Shown here: positions 32,584 through 43,458 of the stretch, piece after piece
How the letters are laid out: every line of letters begins with the position of its first letter
Position numbering within the stretch: the first letter of the stretch is position 1
Origin: Marsupella aquatica
Lineage: Eukaryota > Plantae > Marchantiophyta
Assembly: GCA_973895155.1 (NCBI GenBank)
Contig: OZ316898.1
Coordinates: 188,751 to 252,750 of the forward strand
Reading direction: 5' to 3'
DNA length: 64,000 nt
Translations under genes and position numbers: made by a program
The notes under the pieces: generated by a model
Seen by the model: only the letters and a program-made list of their open reading frames with translations
Databases searched by the model: none
What the model was told of the DNA's origin: nothing

Positions 32584-35500
32584 CTGCAGGAGGACACTCC
32601 AGCCCCTTCCAACGTTATGTCCCCAGGGCTGGACGTCACTGCCCCGGCCCCTGCGCGTGTTGATGTCTGCCCGTGCCCAAATCCGGATAGGCACAACTTG
32701 GACCACCCGGAACTCTTCGTACAGGGTACGTTTCTGAACGGGCTTCTGGGAGATTTCTCTCATCAAATTGTCCGGGATACCGGGGAGTTCATGGCCCGGA
32801 AGGTAGCCTGTTTCTTCAATCAGGAGTTGGTTGCCGCCGTAAAGGCAGGTCGGGCCCAGTCGGAGGCCCTTCAGAGGATAGAGCGGTACCGGGTGGAGTC
32901 CGTGTACCTAAAGAACGAAGTGGCGGCTCAAGAGGCTGAGCTTCTGCAACTACGACCCAAGGTTGCAGCCGCCGATGAGTTGTTAGCAAAGGCGTACGCC
33001 CTTACCGCCCTAGCCGAACAGGCCAAAGCGGGGAACGAGGCCGAGATTACACGACTTCGGAACCAGATTGACAGTTTGAAGAAACAAGCTGTCACCTGGC
33101 AGAAAGACCTGGAGGAAGCCGAGGAGCGAGCCCAGCGGGACGCGACGGAGATAGCCACGCTACAGGCCGAGATGGCGCGGCTCCAAACCGAGGCCGAGAA
33201 GCAGGACCAGCTGGCGAGTAAACTGACGAGCGACGCCCAGCAGCTGGAGGAGGCATGTCAGGAGGCAGCAGAGGAGACGGACGCGGCGAGGCGAGAGAAC
33301 GAATCTCTGCTGGACCAGGTCCAGCTCCTCAAGGCGGACAATGACAGGCTTCGAAGGCAGCGGGATGGCCGTTCCCATTCGGGCGGCTCTGGCAAGCGTG
33401 CCAGGCATTAGCGGCGGAGTAGGAATAGATTAGGATTAGGATTGGCTTAGTCAGGCTCTTGGGACAGGCACCTGCCTTAGGTACAGCAGCGCTGCCCTGC
33501 TGTCCAGCCTGCGTAGATTAGGATCTTCTAATAAGACACAGCCGTTTTCCGGCCTGACTGTCAGCTTAGTTAGGACCTTAGTCAGCGAATCTTCGGCGAG
33601 AGGACACCCCGTTCCTCGGCTCTTAGTATTTAGTGCACCCCTCGGTAGAGGCAGGGGGGTTTTTAGTTTCAGAGTCGAACATCCGCGGGACATGCGGGGA
33701 GTCCCGACCTCTGGGAATGACAGAGTACCATGGGGAGGGGGTAGGACTAAGCTCGTCGGGCGAGTGCGGAGCCGGGCTCCGTTGTAGTGTGCACCCTCGG
33801 CCTTGAACCTGTGCATTCCAGGGCTGTCGTGTCAACTAAGTGTACGCATATGTTCCCTTTGTAGTAAAATCCTTTCCCATCATTTTCCTTCGTGTAAATC
33901 GAGATTGTATGCATGTGTGCGCATATGTGTGTGGGTTTCTCGTATATGGGTGGCAGCGCCAGGCCGAACGCACTACCCGAGACGTGCACAGGGTGCAGCC
34001 TGCGGGTAAGTGGTTGCGAGCACGGGTTGAGGACCTGTATCATCGAATCCGGATCGAAGGCGGACAGCACGAAGGCTTAGAAGCCCTTAAGCCGGGGTCG
34101 ATCCTGCTATCGACTAAGGTACGTTCCGGCGGTGGAACACAAACCATACCTAGGAGGTGTCCGTATTTAGCAGTATGCGCACTTAGTGCTAGTTTACGAG
34201 AATAAGGTGCATTACGTGCTTCCCTTCCTGCCCGAACCCTCAGATTTACGAGGGATGTGCTCGTCTAAGCTGAAGTCTGAGTTAAGGCCGAAGCCTACGA
34301 CGTGACAGAGTCCAGTACTTGCCTTTGGGTACTCGATATTTTGGATTGTAAGGGGTATTACATACATAATCCGGTCAAGGTTTCCTGGTCGAATGGCGCG
34401 TTTATTGTTAATTCTTGCACCCGACGGAATGATGTGCAAGGTCTCCAGCCCCATTGCCTCATCCGCTTCAATTGATCGTCGTCAGAACGCCCACCCGCTG
34501 GACTGATTGAAGAAGCCCTTTCGGGAATAGAATGCTCACCAGTTGGACTTTCTTCGCTTACGTTGATCGGGTCTTCCAGCACTTGTGCTAGCATATTGGC
34601 TGCAGTGGCAGCCTCTGCCCTTAGTTAACACCTGTACTTGGAATATCCCAAGCTTTGTACCGAACATATTAATTTAATGTTATTGCTGGACCAGTTTGTT
34701 CCCACCTATGTACTTCCCTCAATCACTTCTCCATTTCTTTATCTCTCCTCTATGCACTCTCCGCGAGCGCGGCAATTAAGTGTAAGCACTCTTCTCCTCC
34801 AGCTGCTGGCGGAGTCCTTTGCACTGAACTTCATCCCGATGGAACTTTTGTTCGTACACCAACATCTCCATCCTTGTCGTGCTCTCCATGGAACCTTTGT
34901 TCCTATACTCCCATGGCTAGCAGAATGGCGATCATCTCTCGCCGATGCTGGACTGGTAAGTGACCTTATTGGTATAGTTGGCGCTACAAACACTTTAATC
35001 ATTCTTTTGTCGGTGGATGGCGTGGGTGATTATAAATGCCGGCATGGCAAAGTCGCTTTGCTTGGTTGCATTGCCTGGCCGAGTGGATAAGCTGCTTCTC
35101 ACCACGAGTGCACCGGTGGCATTTCGGTGCACCGTGCTCTTCGGACTGAAAACACCAAACAAACCCAAAACTGCATTTTGCGACTATTTGGATCAGTCCT
35201 TAAGTACCGGTCCGCACAAAACAGAGGCTCTACACGAGAGCCGCATATCCCGGGTCAAAATTGAATTTAGGGACAAAGTCCGCTTGGGTTTAAGGTGTAT
35301 GGTTGCTGTTTTTCAGTTAGTGGACAGTTATGGGCTATTTCTGCCCCTTCAGAGTTGAGGGTGTCTGCACAAAGACTCTAGAGAGCCTGAAAACCGGGGG
35401 GTGTGTGGTGTTGAGCAGGGCATGGGTTCAGTTGGGCCGGAGCCAAAGAACGGATACCAGCAGGGTGAATGGTGCCATGGTATGATGCCATGAGAGTTTG

Positions 35501-35970
35501 CAACTGAGGCAGCTGCACTATCCGGGCTCCTTATCAGTTGACGTTTTGAGGTTGGGGGCGAATGGACTTCCTTCTTTATTACTCTCCAACACCATGTCAC
35601 CTTGGATGTTTGAGAGGGGGTGGTCCCCTCATATATACTACTTGAACCACAACCCATGCGTGTTTGAGTTCCTAAATCTGGTGGGAAGTACAACCGAGTC
35701 TGGGAGTCGGAACCCGGTCTCCATCGGTGCTGACTCTCATTACGGATGGGACCCCGGGGCCTATTTGCACCCCAATAACTCCGGGCCGTCTGGACAGTCT
35801 CAGGAAGTTGGTTTGTAGGGTTTGGGGTCTGTGTACGGGGGGATGTCCCTGCTTCCCTCTCCCTTGTTGCTCCTTTGTCGTTGATCGTCTCTCCATCATG
35901 GCTCCTTTGTCGCGGATCGCGTCTCCATCGGTGCTGACATCCCTAAAACCCTAAAATCGGGAGCCATGAC

Positions 35971-37135
35971 GAAGAAGGTAAGGGTTTAGGGAAAACCCCT
36001 AAACACGTAACCACAGAACCCTAACCGCCGGGAAGGCTGAGGGGTGCCCTGGTTTTCTGCCATGAATGGAGTTTGAGGTAATTCCAGGTTCGGGCAACCC
36101 AAATAAACCTTAAACTCCGGGCGGGTGTGTGCTGGCCAGCCGCACAGGGAGAGGCTCTAGTCGTGCAGCGGGGAGTGGAAGAAGGCAAGGGTTTAAGGAA
36201 AACCCCTAAACACGTAAACACAAAACCCTAACCGCCGGGAGGGAAGGCTAAACCCTAAACCCTGGTTTTCTGCCATGAATGGAGTTTGAGGTAATTCCAG
36301 GTTTGGGCAACCCTAATAAACCCTAAACTTCGGGTGGGTGTGTGCTGGCCAGCCACACAGGGAGAGGCTCTACGCGATAGTCGTGCAGCGGGGAGGTGGA
36401 AGAAGGCAAAGATGGGACTAGTACAGTAGTGGTGCTACGGTAGTATAGTTTTGTGGAGGGCGTTCGTGTTCTCTAAGGCGAGTGTTGTGCCCATGGAGTG
36501 AACGTGGGTTGAGGGTCTAGGGTCACACGTCCTGGTTGCTGTAAAGCCAGGAATCAGGTGTCGCAAAATTAGATGGCGGGGAAATGATTGAGTGTTACGG
36601 AATTGGCCAGAAAGAGGTGAATCCCGTGAGTGAAGTTCCAGGAGAGGCAGAGGTGAGGCAGTCCACAGTGGCCGCAGTGTATGGAGAGACTGTACGCGAT
36701 AGATGGCAGGGTAGGCAGAGTTGGTGCGAGGGGAGTACGGGAAGACGGCCGTAGTGCTATCCGGGCTCCCGAAGCAGTGACGTTTGAAGAATGGTGTAGG
36801 GATTGATTTACTTTGTATTTTCATGGCACGACTGTCTTTTTCGGGCGTTCGGGGCAAGAAGAACACAAAACTGGGGTAAACCCTAAACCGTAAACGGTAA
36901 ACCCTGAACCGGAAACGGTAAACCCCGGAACCCTAAAATAAACCCTAAATGACGGGGAGGGAGGGTGGCCAGAGTTGATGCGAGGGGAGTATGGGAAGAA
37001 GGCCGCAGTGCTATCCGGGCTCCCGAAGCAATGACGTTTGAAGAATGGCACGGGGATCGACTTGCTTTGTAATGTTGGTTCCTTTGTATTTTCATGGAGG
37101 GACAGTCTTTTTCGGGCACTCGTGGGAAAAAGACC
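35971..37135 (+). repeat. Subterminal-type duplications with telomere-like motifs
   Basis: Tandem duplication of about 207 bp (35971-36177 and 36178-36409); duplication near 36715-36860 and 36968-37130; degenerate AAACCCT run at 36877-36949. Confidence 0.75.
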
Positions 37136-37191
37136 ACAAAAAAGACTGCAAAGACCGCACATTGCGATCGCTGGGCTGCATGAAAATGTAT

Positions 37192-39365
37192 ATAGGATAG
37201 CTAGGTTAGCCAAACTCGGGTTAGCTATGTAACTCGGGTTAGCATAGCAGTGAGTACCCCCTCTCGGTTGCGGGGGCATAAGTGTCTGTGTATTTGACCA
37301 AATCGGCTATAATTGACCTCATTGGAAAGAGGAGCTCAAGCCGCTTCCAACGCTACTATCCATGTAGCAATTGGTTGAATAGAGAAATCGGGAGAGGAGG
37401 CGCAAGCTCGCAAAAACCATGGAGGAGGGCCAAATCCGAAGTACATAGCCAATTTGAGATAGAAATAAAGTTGCGAGTTAGGGTTCAGTAGTTAGAGATA
37501 GTGGCAGCTCTGTTAGGGCTGGGATGGGGCTCCAGCAGCATAGTATCCAACCATTTGGGCTTAGTATGAGAGTATATAGAGCAGCCCCCCGGTAGAGGCA
37601 AGGGGGGGAACTTCAGTTGTGTGATCTCACGTGGATTGAGCAACAGGGAGGAGCTCTGTGCAAGGAAGGTTGGGCTTGGAAGCTGTGTGTTGGGGAGAGC
37701 TTGGTTGTGCTATTACTCAGGGAGTAATCAGCCACGCTTTACAGCAACAGTTGGCCAGGTTTGCAAGCTGGATTGTGGCTCTTTCTAGTAGGCAACACAA
37801 CTGGGTTCTTTTCCCCCGATACAGAGCCTTGGTGATCGGTGACGTGTTGGTGATTGTAAACTGTGGGGAGGATTTCAATGTGATTTGCGGTGAGCGCATT
37901 AGGGAGGTTGAGATACTGATTGAGGGGCAGCAGGAGGAGCATTTACAGTTTAGTCTGGCAAGGCTACGTGATCCATGGGGAGTCCCGGCCTTTGTCTGGT
38001 AGAGAGCACTAAGGGATCTATGGCCAGAGCTGAGCTTGCAGGGCAAGCATGAGCCGGGCCTCATTATAGTCTGGGGTAGATCGCCATTAGGCCTGGAACC
38101 AGCTTTGAAGTCGAGTCAACTGTGCATGCGTACTTGACATTCTGAAATGGAGGTGTGAGATCTGTACGTGCCCCCAAGAATGAAGTGCAGTGAAGGAGGT
38201 TGAGTTCAGGGTTGAGTTTGCAAGGCAAGTACGGGATTGGTTCAAGTCCAATCTACCGTCGCAATCTGGAGTGAGTCGGGCTCAGGTTCAGGATTGAGCT
38301 TGCATGGCAAGCACGGGGCTTGCGGGGCAAGCACGTCGCAATCTAGAGGAGACAGCCTTCGGGTCTAGTGTTCGGATCAAGTGTTCTCAGTGAACTATTG
38401 TGCACATCTTTGAATCTAATTGAGTTTTCCTCTCAGGCCTCATTTCTCTCATGGATGTGTGTGTGTGAGGCAATCTGAGTGTATTATGGGACTAGCAGCG
38501 CCACTGAGGTGTTTACAAAAGACAACAAACAGGAAACAGGATTTAATAACAGAAACTGGTAACAGGAAAAAAAACTGGTAACAGGAAAAAAAACTGGTAA
38601 CAGGAAAATGGGTGGAATTTTTTTTTGAATTTTTTTTTTGAATTTTTTTTTTTTTTTGTCGACCAGTTTTTTTTGCTAGCGCCCGACGCTGCTAATAGTA
38701 GCGCCCAAAGCTAGCCAAAAATGTTGCATTGTTAATTTTTTTTGGAAATAATATGTTTTAGGAGACATTTTTAAATTGTCATTTTTCCTGGTAACAATGA
38801 TTTTTTCCTGGTAACAGCATATTAAAAACAGGAAAAAAAATTCCTGTTTACCTGTTTCCTGTCTCCATCGCTATACCCGCGCCACTGAGAGGTGTACCGG
38901 GTGCATTGAAGTGGGTTGGGTGAGGGCTGTCATAGCTCTGATTGCTGAGAGTGGAATGGCAGAGTGGTGGGGCAATGGCTTAGAAGTCCCTAAGTCGGGA
39001 ATCAGTCAGGAGTCACTGGTTTATGGGTACATTCCGGTGGCGGAATAGAAATATACCTATGACAGTAAGCATACGTATAGACATATGCGCACCATAGCAC
39101 TAGGCCCTGTGTGTACGGGCCCGATATGAAGACCCCTTCTCACCAGAACTATCATGAGCACATGATCTGATTCCCAACCTTGGTTCTTAGGGATTGAGCT
39201 TGGGTGATGTGTGACGGAGTCTTGCTATGATAGTCTGGTGTTAAGGGCATAAACTGGTGTTTACCGGCCTTCACAACATCCCTTCGTGATCCTCAGGTAC
39301 AAGGAGATGGTTTTGGCACCCATAGTGACGTTTTTGGTGTTAAGACCCATCTCAATCACGTGACA
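37192..39365 (+). mobile_element. Family Z LTR, missing about 660 bp of its 5' part, with a MITE insertion
   Basis: Reverse complement of 22956-24653; ends GTGACA at 39365. Confidence 0.9.
38508..38878. mobile_element. Mutator-like MITE (about 370 bp)
   Basis: Absent from the other Z copies. Flanked by a 10-11 bp duplication GCGCCACTGA(G) at 38498 and 38879. Imperfect inverted ends (acaggaaacagg / cctgtttcctgt), AT-rich, internal aactggtaacaggaaaa repeats. Confidence 0.8.
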
Positions 39366-42300
39366 CCTACTTTGGTCCCCAAATTTTGGCCCCCCACCTG
39401 GACCACGCATGGGCACGCCACTAGCTGCTTATGCCCATAACTTTCTAGTTAGGCGTCCGTAGGCGGAGTGCCTTAGCTCGTTGTGATCGGGCCAACCCAG
39501 TGCTTATGCCTAGACCCTCAAAACCCGTCATCACTTGGGGTCCCCGAGCGGCCACACCTAGGCCGGGCCTATCTCATGCTCCAAGTGTCCGTTACGCATG
39601 AAGTAAACTCCATTAGCCTTGGGCCCAAGAGGAGCTCTCACTCCAGCCCTCAAAACTCAAAGTCCGTCTGGGGGTCTCGACGGTCAACCTTGAGCTTGGC
39701 CCCTTCCCCATGACCCGACCAGCCCCAAGCTAGTTTAAGTCCTTAGTTTGCGTCACCAGCTTAGCGCCTTGCCTTCGCCAGTGCAACGCCTCATTGCCCA
39801 TAGTCTCCCCATGCTTAGTCCTCACCAGATGGTCGTTCTGGGCTTGGACCATAGAGGAGCTCAGTGTTGCTAACTCCGACACCAGAGCTAAGTGTTAAGG
39901 TAGTCGAGTTCCGCAAGTCTCCATCATGTGGAGTGTGTACCGCTGGAAGTCAAGCCGCTCTGCAACCTTTGGCCTGATACATGTTAACTTTGAGAAGGAA
40001 GCCGTTGTCTATGGACCCGTCGGGCGTGAAACTGGATGAGTGGTACTTGGCCCCCTTCCCCCCCCCCCGATGCCCATAATTCTACCCTGTCCATGCCTGC
40101 GGGCAAGCCAAAGATGAGTTTGAGCTGCGCTTTGGACAAGGACAAGTGTTTAGTAGGGATTTGACTAGGGCCCAGTAGTGATTGCAGGCCAGATTGCAGA
40201 CTAGAATTTGGATTCCCAAAACTGCCAGATCATTTATGTGAATGTGGCTGTGTTTGTTGAGCACCACCTCCGGAGCTCGATTGGCCCACCTCCATTGTGT
40301 GATGTCTGAGTGAGGAGACATTGTTAGGTCTACTATGTATCACCAATCTTTCTCTCTCAGGATTTGCTCTAAATGAATATTAGTATTACTAGTCCATTGA
40401 TATCTAAGAGAATGTGATCTTTGTTGTAGAAGACATCTTAAAGTATGCGATGCAGATTTCACAGTTATGGCTATGATACCATGATTGTGTAAAATCTTTG
40501 TGAATTGATGAAGAAGACATCCCTGAAATGGGAGTTAAACACAGATCCAAATTGTGACTAGACCAACGATTGGCTTGGATAGGGATCTATTACAAATGAC
40601 TGACCAGGAAGTGTCCATTTGATTCTAAGGAACATACACAATGCTCACCTGTTGCCTGTTTCATACTCAATCGACTATTTCATACTGTTGACAAAACCAG
40701 TGAGTACTCGAGCTCCGCTGCTATACGTATGTCATACACAGCCTCTATAGTAACATCTATTGCAGAAATCTGACTGCCAACCATTGCGTTGCATATCACA
40801 CTATTGTGACCATGTAAAAATTTCTGTTTACTTCTCATTCTGGATGCACTTTCGCCCAGATAACAACTAACCCTGAGATTCATTTGATGTTTGCCTGTGA
40901 ACAGTGAAGGAAGAACAAACGTGGAAGTCCATTTTGTCACCAAAACACCAGGGCACACTGATTCTGGACCAAAACACCAGCGCAATGGTTCCGAATGTAA
41001 AGTACAATCATTGATAAAATAGATGTCAAATGGAGGCTCTACACGAGAGTCGTGTATGGTGGGTCGGACAATGAAGGCGATTTGGGTCCTATGGGTGAAT
41101 GGAATCAGAACGTAGATGGAGGTGAGTAACAAAGTATGAATTCCGCAGCCATGGATGCAGTGCTAAAGGGGAATCCAAGGCAATGAGCACATTGAAGAAG
41201 TAGATTAAAGGCGATAGGAATTCAAGAAGGCCATGCGCCTTGGCATTGTGGGTGTGCTGCGGCCATGGGGCCATGAGTGACGATGAGTTGAATTGGTTGC
41301 AAGGGTGGTGATTGATGTTAGCATGAATGGTGACTGTATTAGATGTGAGTGTAGATTGGCATTGAGTCCGCTACAGTATATATCCCGGTTCCCGACTGTG
41401 CCACATTTAATTAGTTCTAATCACCAAGCTTTGTCTCCTTTGTATGTCGTTTCCGACGTACAAAATTGAATGTCTTGCAACACAATTCAACTCATCGTAC
41501 GTACAAAATGGAAAGTAGTATCAATCACCACCCTTGCGGCCATGGGGCCATGAGTGACGATGAGTTGAATTGGTTGCAAGGGTGGTGATTGATACTACGT
41601 ACAAAATGGAAATGGTGATTTTTATCTCCTGTAGCTTTAATACTCGTACGTACAAAATGGAAAGTTTCAACATCAAAGCTACAGGAGATAAAAAGTTTAA
41701 CCAGAAATGTCATGGGAGTCTAAGAATTCAAGTGGGTGAGTCACCTTTGATGCCAGTGGTGCTTAAACGACATAACAAAAATGTTATGGGAGTCTAACAT
41801 TGCCCCCAGGTAATCAATACTAGCCGAGTTTAAAAAATTTAACATCAATTCCATGGGAGCCACATGCAAGAGACTGCACAACGTTCCGCAAACCTGAAGA
41901 CCTGCCTCATTGCATGCACAGTGACCAGAAGATATGAACCTTCCTCTGGACCCGCACACAACTTGACCAGCTATTATTGTGCAAGGGCAGTGTAGCAGGC
42001 ATAAGGGAGGCCATCTAGAGGTGTTCAAGCATTTGGAAGCCATCACGGCCACTGTAGATTTGGACAAAGGAGATCATTCTTGGAGGTGAATCACCTTGGT
42101 ACACAATGAATGGAAAGGTAGGAGGTAATGCGGAGGCCTATGGGGCATCAAAGAAGGCTAGGTAGGCTTAATGAGTCAAGAATCGGACAACAGCAACACC
42201 AAGCAAAAAGGAGCCAAAACCAGATGGGACGTGAGTTTGAAGCAACAGTGGAGACATCACAACAAAATGATGAGAAGTGGGCAGGTTGGACTCAGAGCAA

Positions 42301-43458
42301 TCCAGTGGATTTTCAGCTGCAGTAGGGTATTGCCGGCCACTCCCACTCTTGCTAGCGAAATTCCCTGTTTGCTTGCATCATACAATACCTCATTGGGTGA
42401 CTTTTGACTGCCAACAATTGAGGAAAACAATTCACAACTCACATTGGCATTCTACTGTCAAGAAGATGCACAAATTACAGTTCATGATTGATTGCTGCCT
42501 GAATGCTGTTACGTTAGCTCAAAGGAAGAATGGTGTTCTTCCACCAGACGTCTTCGACATCAATCTCACCCAAGCAAATTCAAACCAAAAAGAAGAGAAA
42601 ACAGATTAATCTCCCTCTTAAGACCTTCTCCAAGATGAATCGATTTACTTGAAGTAGGCATGGGCCCGGCAGAAGCAACAGACACATGCTCATCCACTAT
42701 TCCTTGCAGAACTATGCTCCCATCTCCGTTCACGTGCACTGTCTATGAGCTTTCAGATTTCAATCATGCCAGCAACGCAGCAAGATTTCTACTGCAAATA
42801 CAGCCCACTTTCCTGCCTTGTCCGATGATCCTTGAGGATAGCAGTGTACAGTGCATCATTCTCATTCTCGCATAATTTCAGGACTTCCTCCCCAGAACCC
42901 GGAGTAGTTAACATGCTTTAGAGCACCTTTCACGACCTTATCTTGTGAATCTGCGAAGCTCAGAACAGTTGAGTTGCAGATGAAACTTCATATCTTTGGT
43001 TGAGTTCAGGGCTTTCTCTGCAAGTCTGAAACTGATTGCTTAAAGTTTTTATGCTGGTGGAGGTTGTCATCGGCGAATTTTATCTTCATGTCCTTGATGT
43101 CTCGTGTCAGCAAAGTAAGTTCCCGTCCAGTACTATGTTCATGGCAAGGCAGCTACTGTATGCGAACCCTTCTTCTAATCTAACAACAAAATGTAACGAA
43201 GATATCAAACGAACTTTCTACATGGCGGGCCAAGAGCTTGATTTCACGCATCTATGATTTCGACTCTCAAAAGTAAATCCCCTTAACATTTCTCTTACAT
43301 GAAAACGTCTTTCAGCCAGAAGAGGGCTAGTTACAGTCCCAAATTGCAGAATCTCAAAATTAATGTTACAGAATTGCAGCAACGAACACCTGATTGTACC
43401 TGCGCTGCCAGTGAGTACTGCTTTAGATCACTTTCCAGCCAGCCCAACACAGCTGGGT

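Larger units (their letters stand above)
26110..33411 (+). pseudogene. Y-LTR-encoded protein of about 882 aa (plant-transposon eORF domain plus coiled coil), split by the X LTR
   Basis: ORFs 26110-26367 and 26374-27978 share a frame across a single TAG. Removing 27936-32588 fuses ...RTSL-QEDTPAP... in frame with ORF 32569-33411 (2649 nt in total). Core: GFEHLASLPW..EDMTEFVKNY..RLRGRNMSLT..IFGLPEG. Confidence 0.85.
25644..34307 (+). mobile_element. Solo LTR-like element, family Y (4011 bp after removing the nested X LTR), protein-coding
   Basis: TGTGACGCC...CGTGACA termini like family Z; TSD GAGTC at 25639-25643 and 34308-34312; no internal terminal repeats, PBS or pol. Confidence 0.88.

Noticed and set aside
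39366-40075. Possible further LTR fragment
   Set aside because: LTR-like texture but no second copy, TSD, PBS or PPT in the window
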